Shown: positions 1 to 15,077 of the stretch, in pieces
Layout of the letters: each line of letters opens with the position of its first letter
Position numbering within the stretch: the first letter of the stretch is position 1
Source of the DNA: Malacoraja senta
Lineage: Eukaryota
DNA: 64,000 bases
Assembly: GCA_038087875.1 (NCBI GenBank)
Contig: JAXLNO010000364.1
Span: 1-64,000 of the forward strand
Reading direction: 5' to 3'
Made by a program: the position numbers and the translations under genes
Notes under the pieces: model-generated
What the model was told of the DNA's origin: nothing
Database searches by the model: none
What the model saw: the letters and a program-made list of their open reading frames with translations, nothing else

Positions 1-236
1 GAGGTCCTTCTTAAATATCTCACCCCTCACCTCAAGTGGAGGAATCCAGTTTTGAGATGTTAAGATGAGAGCACATCTTATCTATGTCCCTCGTGATCTT
101 GCACACCAGGATATGATTTATTTGCAGAGTACAAACAGTACCAAGTCGTTGCAGTCGTTGCATGTATGTTGTTATTCCAGCAGATGAGTTAGACTGCATG
201 TGTGTGCATGGAAATGCGAGCGTTGGTCACACTCAC

Positions 237-2078
237 TTTGAATCCGGTCGTGCACCAGTCCACGAACTGGATGGAGCGCTTGGTCTTGATGGTGGCGATG
301 GAGGCGTTGACGTCCTTGGGCACCACATCCCCGCGGTACAGCATACAGCACGCCATGTATTTCCCCTGGCGAGGGTCGCACTTCACCAACTGGTTGGCCG
401 ACTCGAAGCAGGCGTTGGTCAATTGGGAGACGGATAGTTCCTCGTGGTAAGCCTTCTCTGCACAAATAATCGGAGCATCGTTGACGAGCGGGAAATGGAT
501 GCGCGGGTAGGGCACTAGGTTGGTTTGGAACTCAGTGAGGTCCACGTTCAGAGCGCCGTCGAACCGCAGCGAGGCGGTGATAGACGACACCAACTGTGCC
601 ATCAGACGGTTGAGGTTGGTACAGGTGGGTCGCTCGATGTCCAGGTTCGGCCGACACACGTCGTATATGGCCTCGTTGTCCATCATGAAGGCGCAGTTGG
701 AGTGCTCCAGGGTGCAGTGGGTGACCAGCACCGCGTTGTAGGGCTCGACCACGGCGGTGGAGATCTGCGGCGCCGGGTAGATGGCAAATTCCAGCTTGGA
801 TTTCTTGCCGTAGTCGACAGAGAGTCTCTCCATGAGGAGGGAGGTGAAGCCCGAGCCGGTGCCGCCGCCGAAACAGTGAAATATGAGGAACCGCTGCAGC
901 CCGGTGCACAGATCAGCCTGAGGGTGGAGAAGGGGCAAAAGCTCAATTCTGTGCTAACGTTTAAAGGGATAGAACGACACGAGAGGGTCATGGTGCTCTC
1001 TACAACGGCGCAGAGCGAGATGGTTCGGTGAGAGAGTCAGTGATAAATAGAGCGGTGACAATGAATATTTGGGAGCACCGTGGCCGCAGCACTCGCAAAT
1101 GGACCGGGGCAACCGGATACATTGGCGCTGTAAGCATGCGGAGCGGCTGTCGGCAATTTGCAGTCGCTGAGAAACCTACCAGTTTCCGGATGCGATCCAG
1201 GACGAGGTCCACGATCTCCTTGTCGATGGAGCAGTGGCCCCGGGCGTAGTTATTGGCCGCGTCCTCCTTGCCGGTGATGAGCTGCTCGGGGTGCAAGAGC
1301 TGTCGGTAGGTGCCTGTCCGAACCTCATCTGCAGGGCGGCACAATGAGAGAATTAATCGTTGCCACACACCGCACGGGAAGGATTTATGAGAACGCCCAA
1401 CATTCTCCTCAACTCCCAACTTACCGATCACCGTGGGCTCCAGGTCGATGAACACGGCCCTTGGTACGTGCTTGCCCGCACCCGTCTCGCTGAAGAAGGT
1501 GTTGAACGAATCGTCGCCGCCGATGGTCGAGTCGCTGGGCATCTGTCCATCCGGTTGGATCCCATGCTCCAGGCAATACAACTCCCAGCAAGCATTGCCA
1601 ACCTGGACACCAGCCTGGCCGCTGTGGATTGAAAGACACTCGCGCTGTTGGCGAAGGGGAAACAGACGGTGAGATGTTAGGGCGAGAGGTGCGCGTTGGT
1701 AATTTCTCGTTTACCGGTGCGGGCTGCGTGATTTCCATGATTTGGCCCTGATCGCTCACCGTCCCACGCCGAATATGACCACCTTCCCAGTTCCACCCAA
1801 CATTGCAATTCGCACTCTCCACGGTCCCTTCACGATAGTAACCCTCAAATTCCTCGAAATTACATTCCTCCTTTCCCTGCCCAATATTACCCTGCGCCCT
1901 CCCCTCGTCGTAGTCTCATTCCCGCCCTCAGTTCCCAGTTACCCACTACGTTCCCATTCCACGGGTGCGCTCTCCCCTTCCCGTGTCCGGTCTCTGTAGA
2001 CAATCGCTTCCCTCCCCCGTGGATCCCTCGCCCGGGGGAACACGCGCGCCCCCGGATATTCTCCCGCGCGCTAACCAT
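237..2078 (-). CDS. TUBA: Alpha-tubulin copy 1, partial (exon 5 lies left of the window); frame open but probably degenerating
   Basis: Exons 2076-2078 (ATG), 1425-1644, 1180-1328, 237-917 with GT-AG boundaries. Translation gives MRECLSIH..., [15 protein letters not shown] and ...WCTTGFK. Exon 2 is 220 nt (one Gly codon lost). Confidence 0.88.
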
Positions 2079-2099
2079 GTTGCTCCGCTCGCGTGGTTC

Positions 2100-2302
2100 T
2101 CGAGACTGTGACGCGCCGCGCCGCTCCGGTATAAATACGGCCCCCGGGATAGAACGCTGGCATTCGGTAAACGCGCGCCGATTGGTCAATGAGAACAATG
2201 ACCTTGGTTGCCACAGGAAACAAACATAGAAGGTTCCAAGGCGCTCATTGCTGAATAATCCACAGTGTGAGACGGAGAACAATGGACCTTCAGTGACGCA
2301 AT
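2100..2302 (-). promoter_or_regulatory. Proximal promoter of tubulin copy 1 (TATA-like element, CCAAT, X-box, CRE-like)
   Basis: TATA-like 2129-2138, CCAAT on minus strand 2181-2185, GTTGCCACAGGAAAC 2207-2221, TGACGCAA near 2294-2301. CpG-rich and conserved in all copies. Confidence 0.7.
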
Positions 2303-3075
2303 CCGTTGTCTGCCTTCACCTTCCAGATTCCAATCTATCAATTACAGCTGGAAATTAAAGTATCTGACCACATACCTCCAAATGATACCTAGCGCCAACT
2401 ATTTGACTTCTTAAGCCCATGCAATCAATTTATCCCCCAATGGAAAAATTGCTGTAGATCACAGCGGATGTGACGTTAATCCCACGCATCTCTCCATTAA
2501 TCACTTCATAATCCGGGATCTCCGGTCTATCATCGCAATGCCTAAAATCAATTATTATTGATTTATTACCATCACGTGTGCTGCAAAAAAAATGTCAGTC
2601 GTACTATATAGGCAGATCACATCACTCCTCAGTATATCTGATATTGCAACACGAAAAAAATGAGCAACGTGCAGAGTATAGTGTTACATCTAGAGAATAA
2701 AAATAACATTTTTATTTTCAAGTATGAGGACCAGAGGAAGGTAGCACATGAGAGGTCTGCTGGGACAAACTGTCCCTGAATCAGGTGGTACGTTCTTTCA
2801 TGCTTTGGTACACGCTGTCCAACAGAAGTGGAGAGAAGAGTGAATGATTGTGGCTTAAGGTATGGAGGGGGTGGGGTGTGGGAGTGGCCCATGATTGTGA
2901 CGATGTCTCGCAATTAGATTCCAAATGATAAATCACTGATTCATAAAGTGGCATTGAACATATTGATTGATTGAAAGATGTACTCTACAAATTTGATGAC
3001 GTGCAGTCCATCAGAACCCCAGCAATCTCCAATTTCGTTATGATGAATCAAAAAGGATATCACATTGATGGCTTT

Positions 3076-4590
3076 ATAGAGTCATAGAGTGACAGAGCGT
3101 AGAAACAGGCCCTTCGGCTCAACTTCCCACACCGACCAACATGTCCCACCTGCCTGCCCTTGAACCATATCCATCCAAACGTGTCCCATCAATCTACCTT
3201 GTTAACTATTCCTTATACGTTCGGATAGTCCCAGCCTCAACTACCCCCTCTAGCAGCTTGTTCCATGTAACCACCACCCTTTGTTTGAAAAGGTTACCGC
3301 TCAAATTCCTATTAAATCTTTATCCCTTCATCTTGAATCTATTGGTCCTCGATGCCCCTACTCTGGGCAAGAGATTCTGTGCATCTACCCGACCTTTTTC
3401 TCTCATGATTTGTAACACCTCTATACGATCACCCTTCATCCTCCTGCGCTCCAAGGAATAGCGACCCAGCCTACTCAACCTCTCCCATCAGCTCAGACCC
3501 CCTAGTCCAGGCAGCATCCGCGTAAATCTTAACTGATTGGCTGCCAGAGACTAGGGGTCGGTGCTGTGGCCGCTGCTCTTCACGTTGTATATCAATGATT
3601 TGGATGAGGGAATTGAATCCTTGGTGGGAAGTTTGGTGATGCTGCGAAAGTAGGTGGAGGGGCAGATAGTGTGGAGTTAGCAGCGACTCGGCCGAAGGAT
3701 TTGGGCATGTTTGGAAATGGCAGATGGAATACAGCGCAGCAAAATGCGGAGACCGGCATTTTGATAGTTGGAATCAATCGAAGACTATTTTTTTAAATGT
3801 GGAGATAATTCAGAAATCTGAGGTGCAAAGGGACTCTGGAATGCTGATACAGGATTCCCAAAAATGTAATTTGCAAGTCGAATTGATAGTAAGGCAGGAA
3901 AATGCAATACAAGAATTTATTTGGGGAGGAAAAGAATATTTTTTAAAAAACGGATGTAATATTGAGGCTTGAAAAGACACTGGTGGGCGCATTTGGGGTA
4001 TTGTGACCAATTTGGGATGCCATACAAACAAATGGGTTGCAGAGGCTATCGCGTGAAGGCAGGGGAATGGGGCTGATAGGGGAAGTATTATCACCCACGA
4101 TTAAATGGCGGAGTAAGCAAGAGTCATAGAGTGATAGAGTGTGGAAACAGGCCCTTCGGCCCAACTTGCACTCACGGGCCAACATGTCCCAGTTACCCCA
4201 GTCCCACCTGCGTGTGCTTGGTCCATATCCCTCCAAACCTGTCCTATCCATGTAGCTGTCTAACTATTTCTTGAACGTTGGGATAGTACCAGCATCAACT
4301 AGCTCCTCTGGCAGCTTGCACCATACACCCACCAGCCTTTGTGTGAAAACGTTAGCCTTCAGATTGCTTTTGAATATTTTCCCCTTCACCTTGTACTTAT
4401 GTCTTCTGGCCCTCGATTGAATTACTTTGGCCAAGAGATTCTGCGCATCTATCCGATTTGTTCCTCTCGTGATTTTATGCACCTCTAGAAGATCACCCCT
4501 CATCGTCCTGCGCTCCAAGAAACCGAGACCCAGCCTACTCAACCTCTCCCGATAGCTCAGGCCCTCTAGTCCTGGCAACAGTCTCGTAAA
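3076..4590. mobile_element. Cluster of degraded CR1 LINE 3' fragments (minus ~3076-3530, plus ~3550-4115, minus ~4120-4590)
   Basis: ORF 4264-4608(-) reads FTRLLPGLEGLSYRERLSRLGL...RGDLLEVHKI...FTQRLVGVW, typical of the CR1 ORF2 C-terminus. Short microsatellite tails (agagtcatagagtg). Confidence 0.85.
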
Positions 4591-4609
4591 TGCAATAGTA
4601 CAATTCATT

Positions 4610-4872
4610 TAGACTTTAGACTTTTGATTTAAGCTTGAGAGATACTTCGCGGAAACAGGCCCTTCGTCGATGAGCGATCACCGCGTGCACTGGCACTCTC
4701 CTAAACACTTGGGACAATTTGCAACTTTACCGAAATCAAACCTGTACGTCTTTGGAATGTGGGAGAAACCCGGACCACCGAAGAAAACCCACAGGGAGAA
4801 CATACAAACTCCATACAAACAGCATCCGGAGTCCCGATCGAACCCGGTTCTCGGGCGCTGTGAGGCAACAAC
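4610..4872 (-). mobile_element. tRNA-derived SINE (HE1/V-SINE-like)
   Basis: Minus strand reads GCCTCACAGCGCC..GGGTTCGATC (B box)..TATGGAGTTTGTATGTTCTCCC..CCCACATTCCAAAGACGT, resembling the V-SINE head and central domain. Family assignment is from recall, not a search. Confidence 0.75.
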
Positions 4873-6575
4873 CTTCAAGGTCGGCAGGTGAAGGGTCTAG
4901 TGCGGAGGATTGGCTGCAGAATTTAAAGCCTTGGTGAGTTTTCAAGAGCGAAGGTGGATGACTGTGAGAAAGAAGCGTAAATGTGGAGTGCAAGAGAACA
5001 CGGTGGCTGTACCTAATGAGACGCGACCGATGAGACCGACGTTGGTCAGAGCCATAGTGGTGAGTGACTCCATTGTCCGAGGTGCGGACAGGACATTCAT
5101 TTGCGGCTGGCGAGACTCGGGGATGGTATGTTGCATCCCTGGTGCATGATATCTCGGACCGACTTCAGAACATCCTTGAGAGGGAATGTGAGGAGCCGGA
5201 AGTAGTTATGCATGTGGGCACAAACGACGTCGGGGAGAAGAGGAAGGATGTTCTGCACCGTGAGTTAATAGAGTTAGTAAGAAGATAGAAAAGCATGACT
5301 TCTGGGATGGTTATCTCTGGATTGCTTCCAGTACATCGTGTTGGTGAGTACCGGAATAGGGAGATAGCGGATCTGAATGCGGGCTGATGGGCTCGTGCAG
5401 CGAGCAGGGATTTAGATTTATAGACCACTGGGACCTATTCTGGGGCAGGGATTACCTCAACAAAAGGGACGGGTTACACCTTAACTGGGGCGGGACCGAC
5501 ATTCTGGCAGCCTGGTTTGCTGGTGCTACACCGGAGAGTTTAAAATAATTTGCAGGGAGGAAGTGTTAACAAATTGGAGATATAAGGATGGAGTGAAAGG
5601 TGAAGAGAGTACAGGAAAAGTTGCGAAAGACAACCGGATTAATGGGACGGAAATTTCAAGAAGGGATAGGAGAGTAAGGTCAGAGTAACCGGTTTGGGAG
5701 AGGAGGTGAATACCGAATTAAAAGTGTTACCGCGAACTACATGAAATAAAGTGGATGAGCTTGAGGCAAAGTTAGAAATTGGTGAGTATGATGTTGTGGG
5801 AATGACAGACACATGGCTGCAAGCGGATCAGAACTGGGAACTGAATATTCAGGGGTATACGTCCTATTGAAAAGAAAGCCAGATGGGCAGAGGGGATGCG
5901 GTGGCCCTCGTTGGTAAGGAATGAAATTCAGTCACTTGCGAGTGGAGACATAGAGTCAGAAGACGTAGAGCCATTGTGGATGGAACTGAGAAATTGAACG
6001 GTAGAAAGACCCTAGTCCGTGTTATCTACAGGCCCCCAAACAGTAGCCTGGAGATAGGGTGCAAGTTGCATCAGGAGTTAAAATTAACATATAACAAAGT
6101 TAATGCTACCGTGTTTATGGGAGATTTCATCATGCAGGTGGACTAGGAAAATCACATAGGTACTGGACCCCAAGAAAGGGACTTTGCAGTATGTTTCCGA
6201 GATGGATTCTAAGAGCAGCTTGTACTGGAGCCTACTAGGTAGCAGGAAAAAATGGATTTAATGTTATGTAATGAATCGGATTTGATAAGTGACCTCAAGG
6301 TAAAGGAACCATTAGGAGGGAGCGGCCATAATATGATAAGTTTTAATTTGCAATTTGAGATATCGGAATTTGAATTATCGGAAGTGTCAGTATTCCAGTT
6401 GAACAAAGAGGACTATTGGGGGAGGAGCTTGCCATAGTTCACTGGAAAGGGACCCAAGAAGGGATGACGCTGGACGCTATATCTGAGAATAATCCAGAAG
6501 ATGCAGGATCATTTCATTGCAAAGAGGAAGAAAGATTCTAATGGGAGTAAGAGGCGACCGTGGCTGACAAGCGAA

Positions 6576-6714
6576 ATCATGTGGTGGGAGATTGCAACCT
6601 TCACGTGGTCCACCGTGTTTCGACTAATGCAATCAACCCGACGTGCACAAACAAGATCAAATAGAACAAGTTGGCCTACAACTTTAGGCTGTGCACGCCA
6701 TACGCAAGAAGAAG
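6576..6714 (+). mobile_element. Short non-LTR retroposon 3' fragment with (AAG)n tail nested in the CR1
   Basis: Interrupts the CR1 frame PWLT|REVKDSI, ends ...GCCATACGCAAGAAGAAG, flanked by AAGCGAA (6569-6575) and AAGGGAA (6715-6721). Present in all five spacers. Confidence 0.7.
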
Positions 6715-6760
6715 AAGGGAAGTCAAGGACAGTATAAACATAATAGAGAAGACGTATAAC

Positions 6761-7049
6761 TCAATTCTGATTTGGGAATCAAGGGACAAACGTTTAGGGG
6801 CAACATGAGGGGGAATTTCTTTTCTCAAAGAGTGGTAGCTGTGTGGAATGAGCTTCCAGTGGAAGTGGTGAAGGCAGGTTCGTTTTTCTCATTTTAAAAT
6901 GAATTGGATAGGTATATGGACGGGAAAGGAATGGAGAGTTAAGGTCTGAGTGCAGATAGATGGGACTACGTGAGAGTAAGTGTTCGGCACGGACTAGAAG
7001 GGCCGAGATGGCCTGTTTCCGTGCTGTAATTGTTATATGGTTATATGGT
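6761..7049 (+). mobile_element. 5'-truncated CR1 of a second subfamily nested in the older CR1
   Basis: CR1 3' end with a GTTATATG-repeat tail, flanked by TATAAC duplication (6755-6760 and 7050-7055). Present in all spacers. Confidence 0.8.
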
Positions 7050-8884
7050 TATAACATAGCAAATATGAGCGGGAAGCCAGAGGATTGGGAAACCTTTTAA
7101 AGAGCAACAGAAACTAACTAAAAAGCTTCCTTCCCTAGATGAAGAAGAAAAAAAAGTTAAGACAAATGTGGATCCCTTGAAGACAGAAACAGGTGGATTT
7201 ATTATGGGGAACAAGGAAAAGGGAAACGAGTTGAACAGGTACTTTGGTTCTGTCTTCACTTCGGAAGTCAGAAACAACTTCCCATATGTACTAGGGGACA
7301 GAGGACCTGGGTCATGGAGGCACTGAAGGAAATTCACTTTAGACAGGAAATGGTGTCGCATTCACTGATGGGACTGAAGGCTCATACATTCCCAGGGTCT
7401 GATGGTCTGCATTCCAGGGTACTCAAGGAGATGGCTCTAGGAATCGTGGACGCCTTGGTGATAATGTTCCAAGGTTCTATAGATTATGAATCAGTTCTTG
7501 TGAAATGGAGGGTAGCTAATGTTATGACACTTTTCAAGAAAAGAGGGAGAGAGAAAGCAGGGCATTATAGACCAGTTAGCCTGACATCTGTGGTGGGGGA
7601 GATGCTGGTGCCGTTTATTGGAGACGTAATAGTGGCGCATTTGGGTAGCAGTACCAGGATCGGTCCAAGTCAGCATGGATTTACGAAGGGGAAATCATAC
7701 TTGACAAATCTTCGCAATTTTTTTGGAGGACGTAACAAGTAAAATGGACAAGGGAGAGCCAGTGGATGTAGGGATTAACGGGTCCCTTCCAGAATGACAG
7801 GCCGTGACCAGTGGGGTAACGCAAGGCTCGGAGTTAGGACCGCAGCTATTTACAATGTATATTAATGATTTCGATGAAGGGATTACAAGTAACATTTGCA
7901 AATTTGCAGATGCCACAAATCTGGGTGGCAGTGTGAACTGTGAGGAGGATGCTATGAGAATGCAGGGCGACTTGGACAGGTTGGGTGAGTGGGCAGATGC
8001 ACAGCAGATGCAGTTTATTGTATATAAATGTGATGTTATCCACTTTGGTAGGAAAACCGAGAAGGCAGATTATTATCTAACTGATGTCAAGTTGGGAAAG
8101 GGGGAAGTACAACGGGATATCGGGGTCCTTGTTCATCAGTCAATGAAAGTAAGCATGCCATGCAGGTACAGCAGGCAGTGAAGAAAGCGAATGGCATGTT
8201 GGCATTGATAACAAGATATTTGAGTACAGGAGCAAAGTGGTCCTTCTACAGTTGTACAGGGCCCTGGTGAGACCACACCTTTGTATTGTGTGCAGTTTTG
8301 GTATCCTAATTTGAGGAAGGATATTCTTGCTTTTGAGGGAGAAAGCATAGGTTCACGACGTTAATACCCGGGATGGCGGGACTGTCATCTGATGACAGAA
8401 TGGATCGATTGGCTTGTATTCACTGGAATTTAGAAGATGAGAGGGGATCTTATAGAAAAATACAACATATTTAAGAGATTGGACACGTTAGATGCAGGAA
8501 ACATGTTTCCGATGTCAGGCGACTTCAAAACCAGGGGCCACAGTTTAAGATTAAGGGGTAGGGCATTTAGGACTGAGATGAGAAAAAATATTTTTCACAG
8601 AGAGTTGTGAATTTGTGGAATTCTCTGCCTCTGAAGGCAGTGGAGGCCGATTCACTGGATGCATTCAACAGAGAGTTAGATAGAGCTCTTAGGGCTAGCG
8701 GAATCAAGGGGTATCGGGAGAAGGCAGGAACAGGGTAATGATTGTGGATGATCAGCCATGATTACATTGAATGGCGGAGTAGGCTCAAAGGGCCGGAAAG
8801 CCTACTCCGGAACATATTGTCTATGTATTTATGTATCTATGTATATAATTCTACCGATGCGTCAATGTGCCATTCCAGTTTCGA

Positions 8885-9430
8885 GGACACGAATATATAA
8901 AAGCAATGGTGCAATGCTGAGGCCTCATGAGGCGCTGGTGAGGCCACGCTTGGAATATTGTAAGCGGCTATGGGCCTCATCTCTAAGGATGGGTGCGCAA
9001 GCGTGGATAGGCCCAGAGGACGCTTAGTGGAATGGTCCCGGTTATGATTGGATAAACGTGTGAGGATAGTTTGATGTTACTAGGCCTGTACTCGATGGAG
9101 TTTAGCAGAATGAAGGGAGACTTCATTGAAACACACAGATTAGTGAATGGCTTGGATAGAGTGTGTGTGGGGAGGATGTTTCTACCAGTAGAGAGCCTAG
9201 CACGAGAGGGCATAGCCGCAGAATTCGACGTTCTTTTAGTAAGGAGATCAGGAGAAATGTCTTTAGTCAGAGGATGGTGAATCTGTGGGATTCTTTGCTG
9301 CAGAACGCAGTGCAGGCCAAGTCGGTGGATATATTTAAGGCAGAGATGGAAAGATTCTTGATTATTACAGGTGTCAGAGATTATGGTGAGAAGGCAGAAG
9401 AATGCGGTTAGGAGGGAGAAACACATCAAC
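8885..9430 (+). mobile_element. CR1 LINE 3' fragment
   Basis: ALVRPRLEYC, LGLYSMEFSRMKGDFIET, FSQRMVNLWDSL...IFKAEMERFL. Confidence 0.85.
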
Positions 9431-9569
9431 TGCACTTTGCCCTCCCTCACGTTAAATATATCCTCTCTAATAATTGACCTGTCTATCGAGGGGTGGGGCG
9501 GGAGGGGTGGGGGGTAGATAATGAATGTCCGTCTGATCTGTGCCTCTCATAGTGTCATTTTGATTATTT

Positions 9570-10295
9570 GAAAGATACAGAATAGAAACCGGCCCTTCCG
9601 TTCACCACACGACGACCATCTGTCATGCGCTCACACGCCAGTTCTACGTTATACCCACTTTCCGTGCGCTCCCTACACACTAGCGAGAATTTATGGAGGC
9701 CAATTGACCTACAATCCCAAAGCACCCTGAAATATAGAAGCATCTTGAGGCCATTTCGCCCATCAAGTTCGCTCCGCCATCCGCCACTCCAAAGACGTAG
9801 AGGTGTGTATGTTAATTTGCTTGGTGTAAATGAAAATTGTCCCTCGTGTTTGTATGATAGCGGTAGTGTGCGGGGATCGCTGATTGAACCTTCCGAACCA
9901 TCTGAATTTTGTAGTCGGCAGGGCAGTACTCTGCATATCGCCAACTTCGACAATTTTACATTTTTATCAAGCCAATTAATCACGTAAATTAACCTACAAA
10001 CCTGTATATCTTTTGAGTGTGGCAGGAAACCGAAGATCTCCGAGAAAACCCACGCAGATCACGGGGAGAACGTACAAACTCCATACAAACAGCACCCGTA
10101 TTCGGGATCGAACCCGGGTCTCTGGCGTTGCATTTTGCTGCACCGCTGTGCCACCGTGACTGCAAAGACGTACGAGTTTGCCGGGAAATCGGCTTCGTAT
10201 AAATGTAAATTATTCTCAGACTGAGTAGGATAGTGTTAGATGCGGACTCGCTGGGCTGATGGGCCTGTTTCCGCGCTGCATCTCTAAACTGACCC
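9570..10295. mobile_element. Cluster of HE1/V-SINE-like fragments in both orientations
   Basis: Minus-strand head at ~10160-9965 (GTCACGGTGGCACAGCGG..GACCCGGGTTCGATCCC..GGAGTTTGTACGTTCTCCCCGTG). Plus-strand CCAAAGACGT...TAGTGT pieces at ~9785-9880 and ~10165-10295. Confidence 0.72.
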
Positions 10296-10552
10296 AAATT
10301 TAAAAGTAAAATAGAGCATCAGAATCAGTTTCGATGGTCCGCTTTAAAAAATATCTGTCGCTCTCTCATGGAATTGTTTTCTCTCGCTGGAGAAAGGGGC
10401 TACAGGACAGACAGATATGTTGGGGGGGAGGAGTGTTGCTCATGGATTGATACAGATTTTCACAGCCGTAGTCCGAAATTACATTGCGGATGTTTCCTCC
10501 AGTCAGGCTAGATTTTTGAATTTGAGGAATAAAAATCAATATACCAGTAAGA

Positions 10553-10640
10553 TAGACACACAATTCTGGCGTAACTCAGATGCCCAGGTAGCATCTCTGG
10601 AGTAAAGGAATGGGTGAAGTTTCGGGTCGATACCCTTCTT
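10553..10640 (+). repeat. Short interspersed repeat, unclassified (possibly Penelope-related); recurs in each spacer
   Basis: GACACACAATTCTGGCGTAACTCAG..AGCATCTCTGGAG..GTTTCGGGTCGA.ACCCTTCTT resembles a common elasmobranch repeat (from recall, not a search). Confidence 0.4.
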
Positions 10641-10920
10641 AATAACCACCAGTAGTCAGATTCGATCCCATGTCTCTGGAGCTGTGAAGCATCAGCAGCA
10701 CCGCTGCGCCGCCGAGGTCGTTTCCTCTTTTCTTATTGTCTGAATTTACCATCCAAACTTCAGGAAACCTGCCATCCTCGTCCTTCATGTTCTGTGCAAC
10801 ACGCCGGAACTGAAATCCCACCACCTCGTCTTTAACCGACTCCGACACGTAGGATGAGGACTTACCTAAGAACAGCTGCTCCCAAATTACTCTCCCCATT
10901 TTCTACCAAACGCAGATATT

Positions 10921-11063
10921 TTTATTTTCCATTCACCGATTTCTCAAATTAATCGACAAAACAATGTCCTTAAAATAATTTTATTATCAATACTATAATA
11001 TCTATCAATATAATCTATTTAATCTCTATTAAATTAAACTTTTAATTAATAAATTAATTTATT
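10921..11063 (-). terminator. AT-rich 3' UTR with candidate polyadenylation signals (copy 2; paralogous after each exon 5)
   Basis: AATAAA on the minus strand immediately after the stop, at 10980-10985 and at 10921-10926. Which one is used is unknown. Confidence 0.5.
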
Positions 11064-14089
<3,026 letters not shown>

Positions 14090-14109
14090 GTTGCTCCGCT
14101 CGCGTGGTT

Positions 14110-14313
14110 CTCGAGACTGTGACGCGCCGCGCCGCTCCGCTATTTATACGGCCCCCGGGATAGAACGCTGGCATTCGGTAAACGCGCGCCGATTGGTCAA
14201 TGAGAACAATGACCTTGGTTGCCACAGGAAACAAACATAGAAGGTTCCAAGGCGCTCATTGCTGAATAATCCACAGTGTGAGACGTAGAACAATGGACCT
14301 TCAGTGACGCAAT
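14110..14313 (-). promoter_or_regulatory. Proximal promoter of tubulin copy 2
   Basis: TATAAATA on minus strand ~14141-14148, CCAAT ~14192-14196, X-box 14218-14232. Confidence 0.72.
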
Positions 14314-15077
14314 CCATTGTCTGCCTTCACCTCCCAGATTCCAATCTATCAATTACCGCTGGAAATAAAAGGATCTGACCACATCCCTCCAAATGATACC
14401 TAGCGCCAACTATTTGCCCATGCAATCAATTTAGCCACCAGTGGAAAAATTGCTGTAGATCACAGCGAATGTGACGTTAATCCCACGCATCTCTCCATTA
14501 ATCACGTCATAATCCGGGATCTCCGGTCTATCAGCGCAATGCCTAAGATCAATTATTATTAATATATTACCATCACGTGTGCTGCAAAAAAAAATGTCAG
14601 TCGTACTATATAGGCAGATCACATCACTCCTCAGTATATCTGATATTGCAACACGAAAAAAATGAGCAACGTGCAGAGTATAGTGTTACATCTAGAGAAT
14701 AAAAATAACATTTTTATTTTCAAGTATGAGGACCACAGGAAGGTAGCACATGAGAGGTCTGCTGGGACAAACTGTCCCTGAATCAGGTGGTACGTTCTTT
14801 CATGCTTTGGTACACGCTGTCCAACAGAAGTGGAGAGAAGAGTGAATGACCGTGGCTTAAGGTATGGAGGGGGTGGGGTGTGGGAGTGGCCCGTGATTGT
14901 GACGATGTCATGCAATTAGATTACAAATGATAAATCACTGATTAATAAAGTGCCATTGAACATATTGATTGATTGAAAGATGTACTCTAGAAATTTGATG
15001 ACGTGCAGTCCATCAGAACCCCAGCAATCTCCAATTTCGTTATGATGAATCAAAAAGGATATCACATTGATGGCTTT

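Larger units (their letters stand above)
4930..8845 (+). mobile_element. Degraded CR1 LINE (ORF1 esterase-like domain, APE endonuclease, RT, 3' tail)
   Basis: IVVSDSIVRG/PGA/VVMHVGTND (ORF1 SGNH-like); VIYRPP/MGDF (APE); YRPVSLTSVV, SQHGFTKGKS, GVTQGSELGP..YIND..FADAT (RT); (tatgtatc)n tail at ~8816-8845. Many stops and frameshifts. Confidence 0.92.

Noticed and set aside
162..1031. Long plus-strand and alternate-frame ORFs overlapping tubulin exons in every copy
   Set aside because: Shadow ORFs expected from GC-rich codon usage; no recognisable domain, and lengths vary between copies.
2629..2913. 94-aa minus-strand ORF upstream of the promoters, present in several units
   Set aside because: Non-ATG start, no known motif, disrupted in unit 5; recurrence is explained by recent duplication.
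9965..10160. tRNA gene suggested by the GGTTCGATCCC B-box
   Set aside because: It continues into a SINE body and no complete cloverleaf is evident.
10960..11063. AT-rich quasi-palindromic tract as a special structural element
   Set aside because: Consistent with an ordinary low-complexity 3' UTR.
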